NCBI GenBank assembly: GCA_009692505.1
Contig: SHZC01000005.1
Location: 745 to 64,744, forward strand
Length of the DNA stretch: 64,000 bases
DNA from: Myxococcales bacterium
GTDB taxonomy: Bacteria; Myxococcota_A; Bradymonadia; UBA7976; UBA1532
Reading direction: 5' to 3'
The notes under the pieces were generated by a model, which had not been told where the DNA came from, did no database searches, and saw nothing but the letters and a program-made list of their open reading frames with translations. Position 1 is the first letter of the stretch, and each line of letters opens with the position of its first letter. This document shows positions 7,089 to 17,000 of the stretch, piece after piece. Both the position numbers and the translations under genes were made by a program.

Positions 7089-9715
7089 GGGGCCGGTCGG
7101 GCGCGAAGGGCGAAGCCGAAGTCGTCGTCCTGATTGACGTTCCCGTTCATGTCGAGCCGGTGAAAGAGCCCGTCACCCCGAGAGCTCGTACAGCGTTGTC
7201 CATTGACGTCGCCGGCGACCGCCCCCGGGCAGGGTCCAAAGCTGATGGAGCCCGTCGGTGGTCCCGCATTGAGATCAGCCCAGCCCATGAAGAAGTCGAT
7301 GGACTGCTGGAGGGCGGCCGCGCGGCCGGGGTCCGCCGGATCGTTGCACTTCAAGGCGACCGCGAAGTCGTCGTTGCTGTCCACGTCCCCCTCGAGGTTG
7401 ATCTTGCGGAAGAGGCGGTCGTAGCCGCTCGAGGTGCAGCGCAGGCCGTTGATGTCGCTGTTGAGGGACGGGGGACAGGCCCCCCAGCTCACGGTGCCCT
7501 CGGGCCCGGCGTTGTTGTCGGCGTACCCCAGATAAACGGCGCAGTGCGTGTCGATGTACGCGGCGAGGCCGGGGTTGCCGCCGTCGTCACACTGAAAAGC
7601 CAAGGCCAGGCGGTCGTTGTCGTCGACCTCGCCGTTGAGGTCGAGGTGGGCGAAGAGTCCATCACGGCGGGTGCTCACGCAGCGCACGTCGCCGGTATAG
7701 CCGCTCTCCTGCCCCGGGCAGACGCCCCAATCCCTCGCGGCCCCCCCCGGGCCAGCGTCGTTGTCGGACCAGCCTACAATCACGCGGCAGGCCCCTTGAA
7801 CGTACGGTCCGCAGGCTCCGTGGTTGTCTCCCGTGCCGTCACAGTCGTTGTCGAGGCCGTCACAGACCTCCGCGGGCTCGGGGCCGCAGCCGTCGCAGCG
7901 GTTTCGGGTGCCCTCGTCCGTCCGACCGTCGCAGTCGTCGTCCTGGAAGTTACAGGCCTCGAGCCCCCCGTTCTGCCGGGCGCACGCAAACTCGCAGCCG
8001 TTCTCGGGCACACCGTCGAGGTCCACGAAGCCGTCGACGCAGCCATCGAAAGCGCAGCGCCCGCTGTCACAGTGAACGAGCACCTGGTCGCGAGCGCAGG
8101 ACCGGCCACAGGCGCCGCAGTTGCCCGGGTCGCCGCCGAGGTCGAAGCCCTCATCGACGCCGCCGTCACAGTCGTTGTCGATCACGTCACAGGCCTCCAC
8201 CCCGAGGTTCGTCGGGAAGCAGCCGTACTCGCAGCCCGTCTCCCCGAGGCCGTCCAGATCAAGAAACCCCCCGTCGCACTCGCCGATGCGACACACGGCA
8301 GCGTCACAGCGGCCCGTGGCGTTCAGGCCGACGCAGGCATTGTCGCAGCGGCCACAGTGCGCGTTATCGACGAGCAGATCGTAGCCCTCGTCGGTCGCCC
8401 CATCGCAGTCGTCGTCGGCGCCGTTGCAGACCTCGAGGCCCTGGAAGCCCTCATCGACGCTGCCGTCACAGTCGTTGTCGATGCCGTCGCAGGCCTCGAC
8501 CACCCCGGCGAGGTTGAAGTCCTCATCGGCCGATCCGTCGCAGTCGTCGTCGAGGCCATTGCAGATCTCGAGGCCGTCGAAGCCCTCGTCGACGCGACCG
8601 TCGCAATTATTGTCGAGCCCATCACACCGCTCGGACCCGTCGAGCGTCACCAGGCAGAGGTACTCGCAGCCATTGCCGGCGTTCCCGTCGATGTCGTGGT
8701 GACCCTCGTGGCAGGCTCCCCGCTCACAGACCCCCTCGAGGCAAGTCGCGTCGGCGCCCGGGAAGGCGCAGCGGCCCCCGCAGACGCCACAGTGGTTCAC
8801 GTCGGTCTGGCGATCGAAGTCCTCGTCGAGGCGCCCATCGCAGTCCTCGTCGACGCCGTCGCAGGCCCCCTCCACCCCCTCGCTGAACCCGGCGGGATAT
8901 CCACAGATCCAGACACCCGAGACGCAGCTTCGGTGAGCGCCGGCGCACAGCCCCAAGGCGAGGCAGGGCTCGAGATCGCCGGGCACTTCGAGCAGCTCCG
9001 GCTCGTCGACGAGCGCGTTGCAGTTATTGTCCTTGGCGTCGCAGACCTCCGGCGCGCCCCGGTACACGGCCGGATCGGCGTCGTCGCAGTCGAAGTCCAG
9101 GCAGTCCCCGCCGTCGCCATATCCGTCGGTGTCGGCGTCCAGGCAAGGCAGGCAGCGGCCTTCAATCGGGCGACACTGGCGCGCGATGACCTCGTCGCTG
9201 CCGGGGGCGGACACGTTTCCGCAGACATAACCCGAAGGGCAGACGCCGTCGACCGCGCAGTCCTCCCCGCAGTAGTGACCGTTCCCGACCTCGAGGCAGC
9301 GGTCCTCGCTGTCGTCGCACTCGCGATCCGTGAGGCAGGGCTTGCAGAGATCGTGGCGGTCCGTCGTGCAGATGAACAGCAGGTCCGGGCCGCCGTTCTC
9401 CACGCCGTTGCACTCATAGCCCTCGGGGCACTCCCCGCAGAGCTGCGTGCAGATCCGACCCGCCTCGATCGCGTCGATGCAGTAGCCGCTCTCGCACTCG
9501 CGGTTCCCCCGGCAGGGCTCTCCAAAAGTCCCGCGGCGCCTCGTATCCATGTCGAGGATCGGGACATCGGGCGCCCGCCTGTCGTCTGCGATGAAGGCAT
9601 CTTTGAGGTGGTCGTCGGGGCCGGCCGGCGTCGTCCCGTCGTCGCAGCCAGAAAGAGAAGACAGACCCCAGGAAAGGCTAAACGCCAGGAGTCCGACTCG
9701 CCGCCGCATCATCAT
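7085..9715 (-). CDS. cysteine-rich lipoprotein with CxGxDNDCDGxxDE repeats and a triplicated C-terminal module
   Basis: A lipobox is present (LSSLSGC). There are at least 10 copies of CDGxDNDCDGxxDE (the MopE-like putative metal-binding motif). Three ~80-aa repeats of the form GW.D.NAGP...CP...C.S...LF..L.L.G.V..ND.F occupy the C-terminus. Confidence 0.8.
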   Translation of the reverse strand: MMMRRRVGLLAFSLSWGLSSLSGCDDGTTPAGPDDHLKDAFIADDRRAPDVPILDMDTRRRGTFGEPCRGNRECESGYCIDAIEAGRICTQLCGECPEGYECNGVENGGPDLLFICTTDRHDLCKPCLTDRECDDSEDRCLEVGNGHYCGEDCAVDGVCPSGYVCGNVSAPGSDEVIARQCRPIEGRCLPCLDADTDGYGDGGDCLDFDCDDADPAVYRGAPEVCDAKDNNCNALVDEPELLEVPGDLEPCLALGLCAGAHRSCVSGVWICGYPAGFSEGVEGACDGVDEDCDGRLDEDFDRQTDVNHCGVCGGRCAFPGADATCLEGVCERGACHEGHHDIDGNAGNGCEYLCLVTLDGSERCDGLDNNCDGRVDEGFDGLEICNGLDDDCDGSADEDFNLAGVVEACDGIDNDCDGSVDEGFQGLEVCNGADDDCDGATDEGYDLLVDNAHCGRCDNACVGLNATGRCDAAVCRIGECDGGFLDLDGLGETGCEYGCFPTNLGVEACDVIDNDCDGGVDEGFDLGGDPGNCGACGRSCARDQVLVHCDSGRCAFDGCVDGFVDLDGVPENGCEFACARQNGGLEACNFQDDDCDGRTDEGTRNRCDGCGPEPAEVCDGLDNDCDGTGDNHGACGPYVQGACRVIVGWSDNDAGPGGAARDWGVCPGQESGYTGDVRCVSTRRDGLFAHLDLNGEVDDNDRLALAFQCDDGGNPGLAAYIDTHCAVYLGYADNNAGPEGTVSWGACPPSLNSDINGLRCTSSGYDRLFRKINLEGDVDSNDDFAVALKCNDPADPGRAAALQQSIDFFMGWADLNAGPPTGSISFGPCPGAVAGDVNGQRCTSSRGDGLFHRLDMNGNVNQDDDFGFALRARPAP

Positions 9716-9794
9716 CGCTCATTTTCCTCTCGATTACGGCTCGTCGCAGCGCATCCTAACATCCGCGCCCCAGACTCCGACGGACGAGTATTTC

Positions 9795-10361
9795 ATGACC
9801 GAGCTCGAAAACGAGATCGTGGCCTTGCGGCGCTTCGCGCTGTTTCGAGGCCTCAGCGATCCGGACCTGGGGGTCGTGAAGTCCCTCCTCACGCCGTTCA
9901 CGATTGACTCAGCCGGCGGCATCCTCTTCGACCGGGGCGCCGAGTCCGATGGTGCCTGGCTCCTGAGACAGGGCCTTCTGCGGGTCGAGGTCCCCCGGGG
10001 CGAAGAGCAGGTCCTTGAGGTCGCCCGCCTGGGTCCGGGCACTGTCGTGGGCGAGGCCTGCTTGCTGGACGGCGGACCGCGAGGGCTGAGGGTTCGAGCG
10101 TTGGAGCCCTCGCGCCTGTGGAGGCTCGACCTCCAGAAGTTCCGTGAGCTGAAGCGGGTGAAGAACCCCATCGCCTATAAGATCATCCGAAATGTGGCGC
10201 TGACCATCTGCGATCGCCTTCGATACAACACGACGCTGCTCGGGTCTGATCTGGGCGAGGGCCGCGCGGTCGTCATCGCGCCCCTGGCCGAGGTCGTCAG
10301 ACCCCAAGGCGACCGCCCGTCGCTCTTCTCGGCCCTGCGTGGCCTCTTCGGCGGAGGCTGA
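9795..10361 (+). CDS. cyclic-nucleotide-binding domain protein
   Basis: The sequence LRRFALFRGLSDPDLGVVKSL...GTVVGEACLLDGGPRGLRVRA shows the cNMP-binding beta-barrel pattern. I chose the ATG at 9795 and rejected the upstream part of ORF 9549. Confidence 0.7.
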   Translation: MTELENEIVALRRFALFRGLSDPDLGVVKSLLTPFTIDSAGGILFDRGAESDGAWLLRQGLLRVEVPRGEEQVLEVARLGPGTVVGEACLLDGGPRGLRVRALEPSRLWRLDLQKFRELKRVKNPIAYKIIRNVALTICDRLRYNTTLLGSDLGEGRAVVIAPLAEVVRPQGDRPSLFSALRGLFGGG

Positions 10362-10368
10362 GCGCGAG

Positions 10369-10839
10369 ATGCTGCAAGCGAAGTCCCTCTCCGACCTCCG
10401 GATCATGGCCACGCTGAGCCCCAGTGAGGTTAAGATCCTGGCCAACGTCATGCGTGAGGTGAACGTCGCGCCGGGCGCGGCCCTCTACCGTCAGGGCACG
10501 CGGGCCTCGGCCTGCCACTTCGTCCTGGAGGGTGAGCTGCAAGTCTACCTCGAGGATCCGGCCGGTCGTCGCGCGCTCGGGCCGGTGGCCAAAGGTGAGC
10601 TCGTCGGGGAGATCGCACTCCTCGACGGCGGTTTGCGCTCGGCGACGTGTGAAGGCGGATCCGAAGGCGCGCGCCTCGCCGAGCTCTCCAAGGCGGACTT
10701 CGATCAGGTCTTCGCCGCCCAGAGCCCCTTCGCGTTCAAGCTCATGGATCTGATCGCCGACCGGCTCGTCCGGCGTTTCCGGGGGTCTATGGACATGCTC
10801 GTCGAACGCGCGCTGGAAGATCAGGAGCCCTCGGCGTGA
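10369..10839 (+). CDS. cyclic-nucleotide-binding domain protein (second copy)
   Basis: The cNMP-binding pattern is seen in IMATLSPSEVKILANVM...GELVGEIALLDGGLRSATCEG. The ATG at 10369 lies 8 nt after the upstream stop. Confidence 0.7.
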   Translation: MLQAKSLSDLRIMATLSPSEVKILANVMREVNVAPGAALYRQGTRASACHFVLEGELQVYLEDPAGRRALGPVAKGELVGEIALLDGGLRSATCEGGSEGARLAELSKADFDQVFAAQSPFAFKLMDLIADRLVRRFRGSMDMLVERALEDQEPSA

Positions 10840-11825
10840 GGCGAGTGTATGTGGCCGGGCTCCTGGGGCTCTCCGCGCTCGGTGGATGTCAGGCGCCGCG
10901 GCCGGAGTCCATGAGCCGCGATGCGGAGCCTCCGGTCGACTCGAAGGCGGCCGCCGAGGGGATGGACTTCGACAGGGGGCCGGACGCGCGTCCAGAGGTC
11001 GCGCCGGATCTTCCGATTCCCGCCCCGGATGGAGGCCAGCCCGACCTTCGGCGACCGATCGACGGCCCCGAGGTCGAAGCCGACGCCGAGCGCGATGCCC
11101 GCGACGCCGAGCGCGATGCCCGCGATGCCGAAGCCGACGCCCGCGATGCCGAAGCCGACGCCCCCGGCGCGCCCGACGCCCCCGATGCCGACGCCTGCGA
11201 AACAAGGCCCTGCCCGGTCCTCGTCGAGCGCTGTGACGACGGAGTCGACAACGATCTCGACGGCCTGCTCGACTGCCTCGACGAGACCTGCGACGCAGAC
11301 CTCCACTGCCATCCCCCGCCGGAGAACTGCGAAAATGGCGTCGACGATGACTTCGACCGCCTGACCGACTGCCAGGATCCCTCGTGCTTCCTCCACCCCA
11401 GGTGCTTGCCGATGCCGGAGATCTGCGACGACGGAATAGACAACGACCTTGACCTTCGGATCGACTGCTGCCAGCCGGTGTGTACCCACGCGCCGCATTG
11501 CCCGCCGCTGCCGGTCGTGCCGTTTACGGTCGACGATCTGCAGGGCTTCATCGGGGCGAGGTGCACGGACTGCCACTTGGGCGAGCAGCGACAGTCCGAC
11601 CTCAGCCTCAACCCGCCGTTTGGCGACCGGACCATCGGGATCTCGTCGGCTCAACTCCCGAGCATGAAGCTCATCGAGCCGGGTGATCGGACCCGGAGCT
11701 ACCTCTACCACAAGGTCGCCGGCACTCAGGTTCGCGCGGGCGGTGGTGGGACCCCGATGCCGCCCGAGGTCGGGCTGTGCGCCGACGACATCGAGCGCAT
11801 CGGCTTGTACATCGACTCGCTTTGA
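10836..11825 (+). CDS. lipoprotein with three CxDGxDNDxDxxxDC repeats and a C-terminal PSCyt1-like CxxCH domain
   Basis: A lipobox is present (ALGGC). A CTDCH heme-attachment motif is followed by ...MPPE...IERIGLYI, as in planctomycete-type cytochrome c domains. The GTG start overlaps the upstream stop (GTGA). Confidence 0.7.
   Translation: MRRVYVAGLLGLSALGGCQAPRPESMSRDAEPPVDSKAAAEGMDFDRGPDARPEVAPDLPIPAPDGGQPDLRRPIDGPEVEADAERDARDAERDARDAEADARDAEADAPGAPDAPDADACETRPCPVLVERCDDGVDNDLDGLLDCLDETCDADLHCHPPPENCENGVDDDFDRLTDCQDPSCFLHPRCLPMPEICDDGIDNDLDLRIDCCQPVCTHAPHCPPLPVVPFTVDDLQGFIGARCTDCHLGEQRQSDLSLNPPFGDRTIGISSAQLPSMKLIEPGDRTRSYLYHKVAGTQVRAGGGGTPMPPEVGLCADDIERIGLYIDSL
11082..11165. repeat. 4 x 21-bp in-frame tandem repeat (DAERDAR / DAEADAR)
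   Basis: The unit gacgccgagcgcgatgcccgc occurs twice, followed by gatgccgaagccgacgcccgc twice, read directly from the sequence. Confidence 0.9.
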
Positions 11826-11853
11826 TCGACGGGGCGTCGTAGAACGGGGGCCT

Positions 11854-12891
11854 ATGCTGCTGATCCGACCGGCCCGACTCGACGATCAGGATGGCCTCGA
11901 GGCGCTCGCCCAAAGCGCCGGCGTGGGCATGACGACCTTGCCGCCAGACGCCCGATTGCTCCGGGAGCGCGTCTTGCGATCGACTCATGCGTTCGCGGCC
12001 GATCCGCAGCGGCCTGGAGGCGAGCAGTACCTCTTCGTCATGGAGGACCTTCGCGTCGGCCGCGTGGTTGGGACATGCGGCATCGTGGCCAAGGTCGGAG
12101 GCTTCGAGCCGTTCTATGCCTACGCGCTCCGCCAGACCCAACACGCCTCCAAAGAGCTCGCCGTCAGCCGCGAGGTCGCTACGCTGCACCTCGTCGAGAA
12201 CCACGCCGGGCCCAGCGAGATTGGCACGCTCTTCCTCGAGAGCACCCACCGCGGCGGCGGCAACGGTCGCCTCCTCTCGTTGTCCCGTTTCCTCTTCATG
12301 GCCGACCATCCACATCGGTTCGACGATCGAGTCATCGCCGAGATGCGCGGCGTGCTCGACGAGCACGGCCAGAGCCCGTTCTGGGACGCGATTGGTCGGC
12401 ACTTCTTCGACATGGAGTTCGCGAGGGCGGACGCGCTCTCGGCGGCCGACAAGACCTTCATCGCCGACTTGATGCCCAAGCACCCCATCTACGTGCCCAT
12501 GTTGCCGCCCCAAGTTCAGGCGGTCATCGGAGAGGTCCACGAAGAGACGCGGCCGGCGCTCGGGCTCCTGCGACAGGAGGGCTTCGTATTCGGCGACCAC
12601 ATCGACATCTTCGATGCCGGTCCGCTCGTCATCGCCGATCGAGCGCAGGTTCGAACGATCCGCGAGTGCGCCGTCGCCGAGGTCGTCGATGTCGTGGCCG
12701 AGGTGGGGCTGCCGGAGACGTACCTTATCGGCAACTCTCGCCTGTCCTTCCGCGCCTGCCTCGGGCACTTGCGTCTCTTGGACCCGTTTCGGGTGGAGGT
12801 GCCGAGGGATCTCGCGCTCGCGCTTGAGCTCCGGGTCGGGGACAAGCTGCGTTATGTGCATGCGCGGCCAGAAGGATCGAGGGCTTCGTGA
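11854..12891 (+). CDS. astA: arginine N-succinyltransferase family protein
   Basis: The N-terminus MLLIRPARLDDQDGLEALAQSAGVGMTTLPPD and a length of 345 aa fit AstA. I rejected the upstream extension to 11683. Confidence 0.75.
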   Translation: MLLIRPARLDDQDGLEALAQSAGVGMTTLPPDARLLRERVLRSTHAFAADPQRPGGEQYLFVMEDLRVGRVVGTCGIVAKVGGFEPFYAYALRQTQHASKELAVSREVATLHLVENHAGPSEIGTLFLESTHRGGGNGRLLSLSRFLFMADHPHRFDDRVIAEMRGVLDEHGQSPFWDAIGRHFFDMEFARADALSAADKTFIADLMPKHPIYVPMLPPQVQAVIGEVHEETRPALGLLRQEGFVFGDHIDIFDAGPLVIADRAQVRTIRECAVAEVVDVVAEVGLPETYLIGNSRLSFRACLGHLRLLDPFRVEVPRDLALALELRVGDKLRYVHARPEGSRAS

Positions 12892-14084
12892 AACGCCCGG
12901 ACGGACGGCCCGACCCTTACGCGGCCTTGGGCGTGCGTCGGGGCGCGACCCTCGAGGAGGTCAAGGCGGTTTACTATGCCCTCATGCTCGAGACGCACCC
13001 AGACCGGCTCGTCGGCGCGGACCCCGAGACCCTGGCACGCGCGGAGTCGGAGGCGCGGCGTTTCAATGAGGCCTGGGCGGAGATCAAGTCGCTTGACCAG
13101 GCGCGAGGTCCAGGCGCAGCGGGCGCCACCACCACACGGGCCCATGACTTTCAAGGGCCGACGGACGCGCCCGACGCCATGAGCCTCGCCGAGCGGGCCG
13201 TCGAGGACGCCGCCTCTATCCTCGAACGGCTGCGTCCCGAAGCGGACGGGCTCCTCAAGGCACCCCCCGCGCTGACGGCCTCTCTGGCAGCCATTGAGCG
13301 ACACGCGGCGATCGTCCTTGGCCAACGCCAGAAGGCCGCGCCGATCGAGCCGGGTGTAAAGGCTCGGCTTCGCGCATCGCTTGAAGACGGCGTCATCGTT
13401 CAGCTACGGGCGGCACTCACGGAGGTGTTGCGCCAGCGACAGACGGGCGCCTCGGGCAAACGTTTCACGGCGGCTCATGACGCCGCGTCCAATCTGGCGG
13501 CGAAGGTCGTCCGCGAGCTGCCCGGGCGTCGGCAGCAGGTCTACTCGGCGACCCTCGAAGGCTTGAAAGCGCTCGATGCCATCGTCCGGGTCGCGGCGGG
13601 TCCGGCCCGAGATGCCCAGTCGGCGAGGGAGCGGGCGCAAGTCCAGGGTCGAACGAGTCGGCTCGCGCTCGAGCGATTGACCCAGGGCAGCGCCTCGGTT
13701 CAGGTCGCCCTTGACCGCGCCACGGTCGCCGTCGCACGCGCCACCGCTCTCGTCGAGAGCGAGGGGCTGGGCATTGATCCGGTCGCCCGAACGGCTTGGA
13801 TGGCGCGCGTAGCCCGCTGCACGGACGCGCTCTCAATGCTCAATCGTGAGGCCTCGCGCCTATCCCCCTCGACCGCCCGACCCCTCGTCGACGAGATCGC
13901 GCTCAAAGTCGCCGCGATCGTCGCTCGGGTTGAGCGGGTCGACCAGGACGCCGGAGCCCTGACCGCCTACGTCGCCGCGTTGAGGGCGCTGCGGGACGGT
14001 GGCCTGGATGCGAACCTCAACGCGCTCATCGTCTCCCTGGATGGGGTCCTGAACCCCAAAGGCCCGGAGACGACGAGCGGCTGA
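12888..14084 (+). CDS. J-domain (DnaJ-like) protein with Ala-rich helical C-terminus
   Basis: The sequence DPYAALGVRRGATLEEVKAVYYALMLETHPDR contains the HPD motif. The start overlaps the astA stop (GTGA). Confidence 0.7.
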   Translation: MKRPDGRPDPYAALGVRRGATLEEVKAVYYALMLETHPDRLVGADPETLARAESEARRFNEAWAEIKSLDQARGPGAAGATTTRAHDFQGPTDAPDAMSLAERAVEDAASILERLRPEADGLLKAPPALTASLAAIERHAAIVLGQRQKAAPIEPGVKARLRASLEDGVIVQLRAALTEVLRQRQTGASGKRFTAAHDAASNLAAKVVRELPGRRQQVYSATLEGLKALDAIVRVAAGPARDAQSARERAQVQGRTSRLALERLTQGSASVQVALDRATVAVARATALVESEGLGIDPVARTAWMARVARCTDALSMLNREASRLSPSTARPLVDEIALKVAAIVARVERVDQDAGALTAYVAALRALRDGGLDANLNALIVSLDGVLNPKGPETTSG

Positions 14085-14095
14085 ACGTTGGGGTC

Positions 14096-17000
14096 TTAGA
14101 CGTCGTCGAAGGCGGCGAGCACCTTCTTCGCGGCGTCCTGGCGGCCCGTCGTCTTCCTTGGCACGGCGGCCTGAGGGGCAGCCTCGGCCTGCGGCGCGTC
14201 AGCCTTCGGCGCGGCGGACTTGGAGAGCACCTTGTCCTTCAGGGACTTCGAGGCCTTCGCGGTCGGCTGGGCTTCAGGCTTCACGGGCGCGGCCGGCGGG
14301 GCCTTCGCCGCGGGCCGCGGGGTGGCCTTCGCCAGGACCTTCTCTCGCAGCCCCTTGGGGGCCTCCGGGGCTCTCGGCGTTACGGGGGCTGCGGCAACGA
14401 CCGGCGCGGCGGAACGCGTGGGCGTCGCCTTGGCCTTCTCGTCTACAGCCTTTTGCCTGACCTTGTCCTTAACCGAAAGAGCCTGCGCTTGCGGTTGGGC
14501 CACGGCTGGCCGCTTGGAGCCCGCGCCCACAAGCTTCGCCCTGAGGCGGTCCTTGAGGCCTCCGAGCCAGGCGGGCGCGACCATCGACGTCGACGTCGCG
14601 ATGGCCGCCGTGGTCAGAGGAGCGGCCACCGACTTGCCCTTCCGGCCCTTCGGCGCGGTCGTCTGCAAGGCCGTGCTTTGCCCTGCCTCCGCGGCCTTGA
14701 GCTTGGCGCGCGCTCGCTCTACGTCGGCTCTAACCTTGGCTCGCAGCCGAGCCTTGAGGGCGTCGCTGGCACCCGAAGCTGCCACGCTCTTGCCCTTGCC
14801 CTTGCCTCGGCTCTGAGGGGCGGGGGCTGCAGCGACGGCCACAGGCACGACGACGGGCGGACTCACGGGTCGCTTCTTCCCGAGGCGGCCGCGAATGATC
14901 TGCTTGACTCGCTGGGCCACGGCGACCGTGTCGATGGGCGCTCGGGGTGGTGCCTGGGCCGGCGCAGGGCGCGAGACCTGAGGCGGCGCGGCGGCCAGCT
15001 CGGTCTCGCGACCGCTCTCGCGACCGATCTCTTCGGCGCCTCCGCCCGACTCCCGCCGAGCTCGATTTCGAGCCCGAGCTTCGTCGCGGCGACGGCGATC
15101 TTCATCGGCTCCGGAGGGCGCCGCGCTCTCGGGCGCGACCACCGGCTCAGGGGCCGCCGGCTGCACAGTGTCGGCGGTCGTCGTGACCTCGGTGGCCCCT
15201 TCGCCCCGACCGCGGCGACGGCGACGGCGACGTCGACCGTGGCTGTCGGTCTCGGTGTCTCCGTCATCAGAGGCGGGCGCGCTGGCCGTGGGCTCCGCGT
15301 TTTTGGAACTCCCACGTGAGGGCTCCGCAGTTTTGGCACTGCCGCGCGAAGTCTCCGCGGTTTTGGCACTGCCGCGCGAAGTCTCCGCGGTTTTGGCACT
15401 ACCGCGCGAAGTCTCCGCGTCAAGTTCATCGTCGGCTGAGGTCGGGCTCAGCTTATCCGGGGCGATGTACCCCACGATCCGCGGCGCCTCGTAAGGCACG
15501 TCGTCTTCTTCGTCGTCTCCGTCACTCTGCGCGGCGTGAGGTGCAGGGGTCGCGGCGGGGGACTGCGCGCGGGCCGGGGGGGTCGAGGGCTTGCCCGAGG
15601 TGGGCCGTCGGTCACGACGCTCTTTGCGGTCCTTACGCTCACGCCGCTCATCCGGCTGCTTCTCGCCTTGCCCGGAGCGCACAATCTCCACGGCGTCTCG
15701 AGAGCTCACGGCCGAGGGGTCCGGGATGATCTGGATGGTGACGTTGAACTCGCTCTCGAGCTGCGACAGGGCCTCGCGCTGGTCATTGAGCAGGAAGAGG
15801 GCCACGTCGACGGGCAGTCGCCCGCGAATGATCGCCTCGTCGGCGGCGCTGACAGCCAGCTCCTGAAGTCGACGCAGGATAGACAGACCCGCCGTCTCGG
15901 TCCCGAGCACGAAGCCCGAGCCCTCACACATCGGACAGGCCTTGTGCGTGCTGGAGATGAGCCGCGCCTTGATACGCTGCCGGGACAGCTCGAGCAGCCC
16001 GAACTGCGAGACCCGCCCAATCTCGACGCGGGCCTTGTCGAGCTTCATGGCCTTGGTGAGGGCCTTCTCGACCTCGCGGCGGTGCCGGGGGCTGTGCATG
16101 TCGATGAAGTCGACCACGATGAGCCCGCCGAGATCGCGCAGCCGAAGCTGGCGCGCCACCTCTTCGGCGGCCTCCTGGTTGGTCTGGAAGGCCATGTCCT
16201 CTGGGTTGTCCTGTCCCTTGGACTTGCCAGAGTTGACGTCGATCGCGATGAGCGCCTCAGTGGGGCTGACGACGATCGAGCCGCCGCTCTTCAGAGGCAC
16301 CCGCGGGCTGACGATGTTCTCCAGCTGCCGCTCGAGCCCGAAGTTGCTGAAGATCGGCATCTTCCCGCTGTAGAGCTTCACCTTGCCGACCTCGCCCGGC
16401 ATGTTCCGCTGGAAGAAGTCGGTGATCTGCTGGTGCACCTTCACGTCGTCGGCGACCACCTCGTCGATGTCGTCGGTGTAGTAGTCGCGGACCGAGCGGA
16501 TGACCACGTCCTGCTCCTGGTAGACGAGGCCCGGCTCGGTGCGCTGATCGAAGCTGTGCTGGATATGACCCCAGACCCGCATGAGGTTCTGGAAGTCAGC
16601 CTCCATCTCCTGACGCGACGCGCCCATACCGGCCGTCCGCACGATGATCCCGATGTCGTCGGGAGGTGCGAGCTTCTTGATGATTTCCTTCAGGGTCTTG
16701 CGGACGTCTTCGTCCTCAATCTTGCGACTGATGCCGCCGCTCTCCGCGCCAGGCATGAGGACGAGGTACCGACCCGGCAGCGAGATCTCGCTGGTCACGG
16801 CGGCGCCCTTGTTGCCCATCTCCTCTTTATAGGCCTGAACCATCATCTGACCGCCGCGCTCGACGCAGTCCTGGATGCGGGGCCGCCCGTCGCCCTTGGG
16901 GCGGCGAGACCAGAAACGCTCGTTGATGTCGCCAAAGGCGATGAAGCCGTTGCGCTCGGCGCCGTAGTCGACGAAGGCGGCCTGCAGGCCCGCCTCGACG

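Noticed and set aside
7160-9907. A 915-aa plus-strand ORF, the longest ORF in the region.
   Set aside because: It is the antisense shadow of the cysteine-rich lipoprotein gene. Its composition is A/V/G/R-rich with no motifs. The minus frame has a lipobox and more than 10 CDGxDNDCDG repeats.
10297-11205. A 302-aa minus-strand Arg-rich ORF.
   Set aside because: It is antisense to the second cNMP-binding gene and the lipoprotein gene, and its RRRHRGRRARR repeats mirror the acidic 21-bp repeat on the coding strand.
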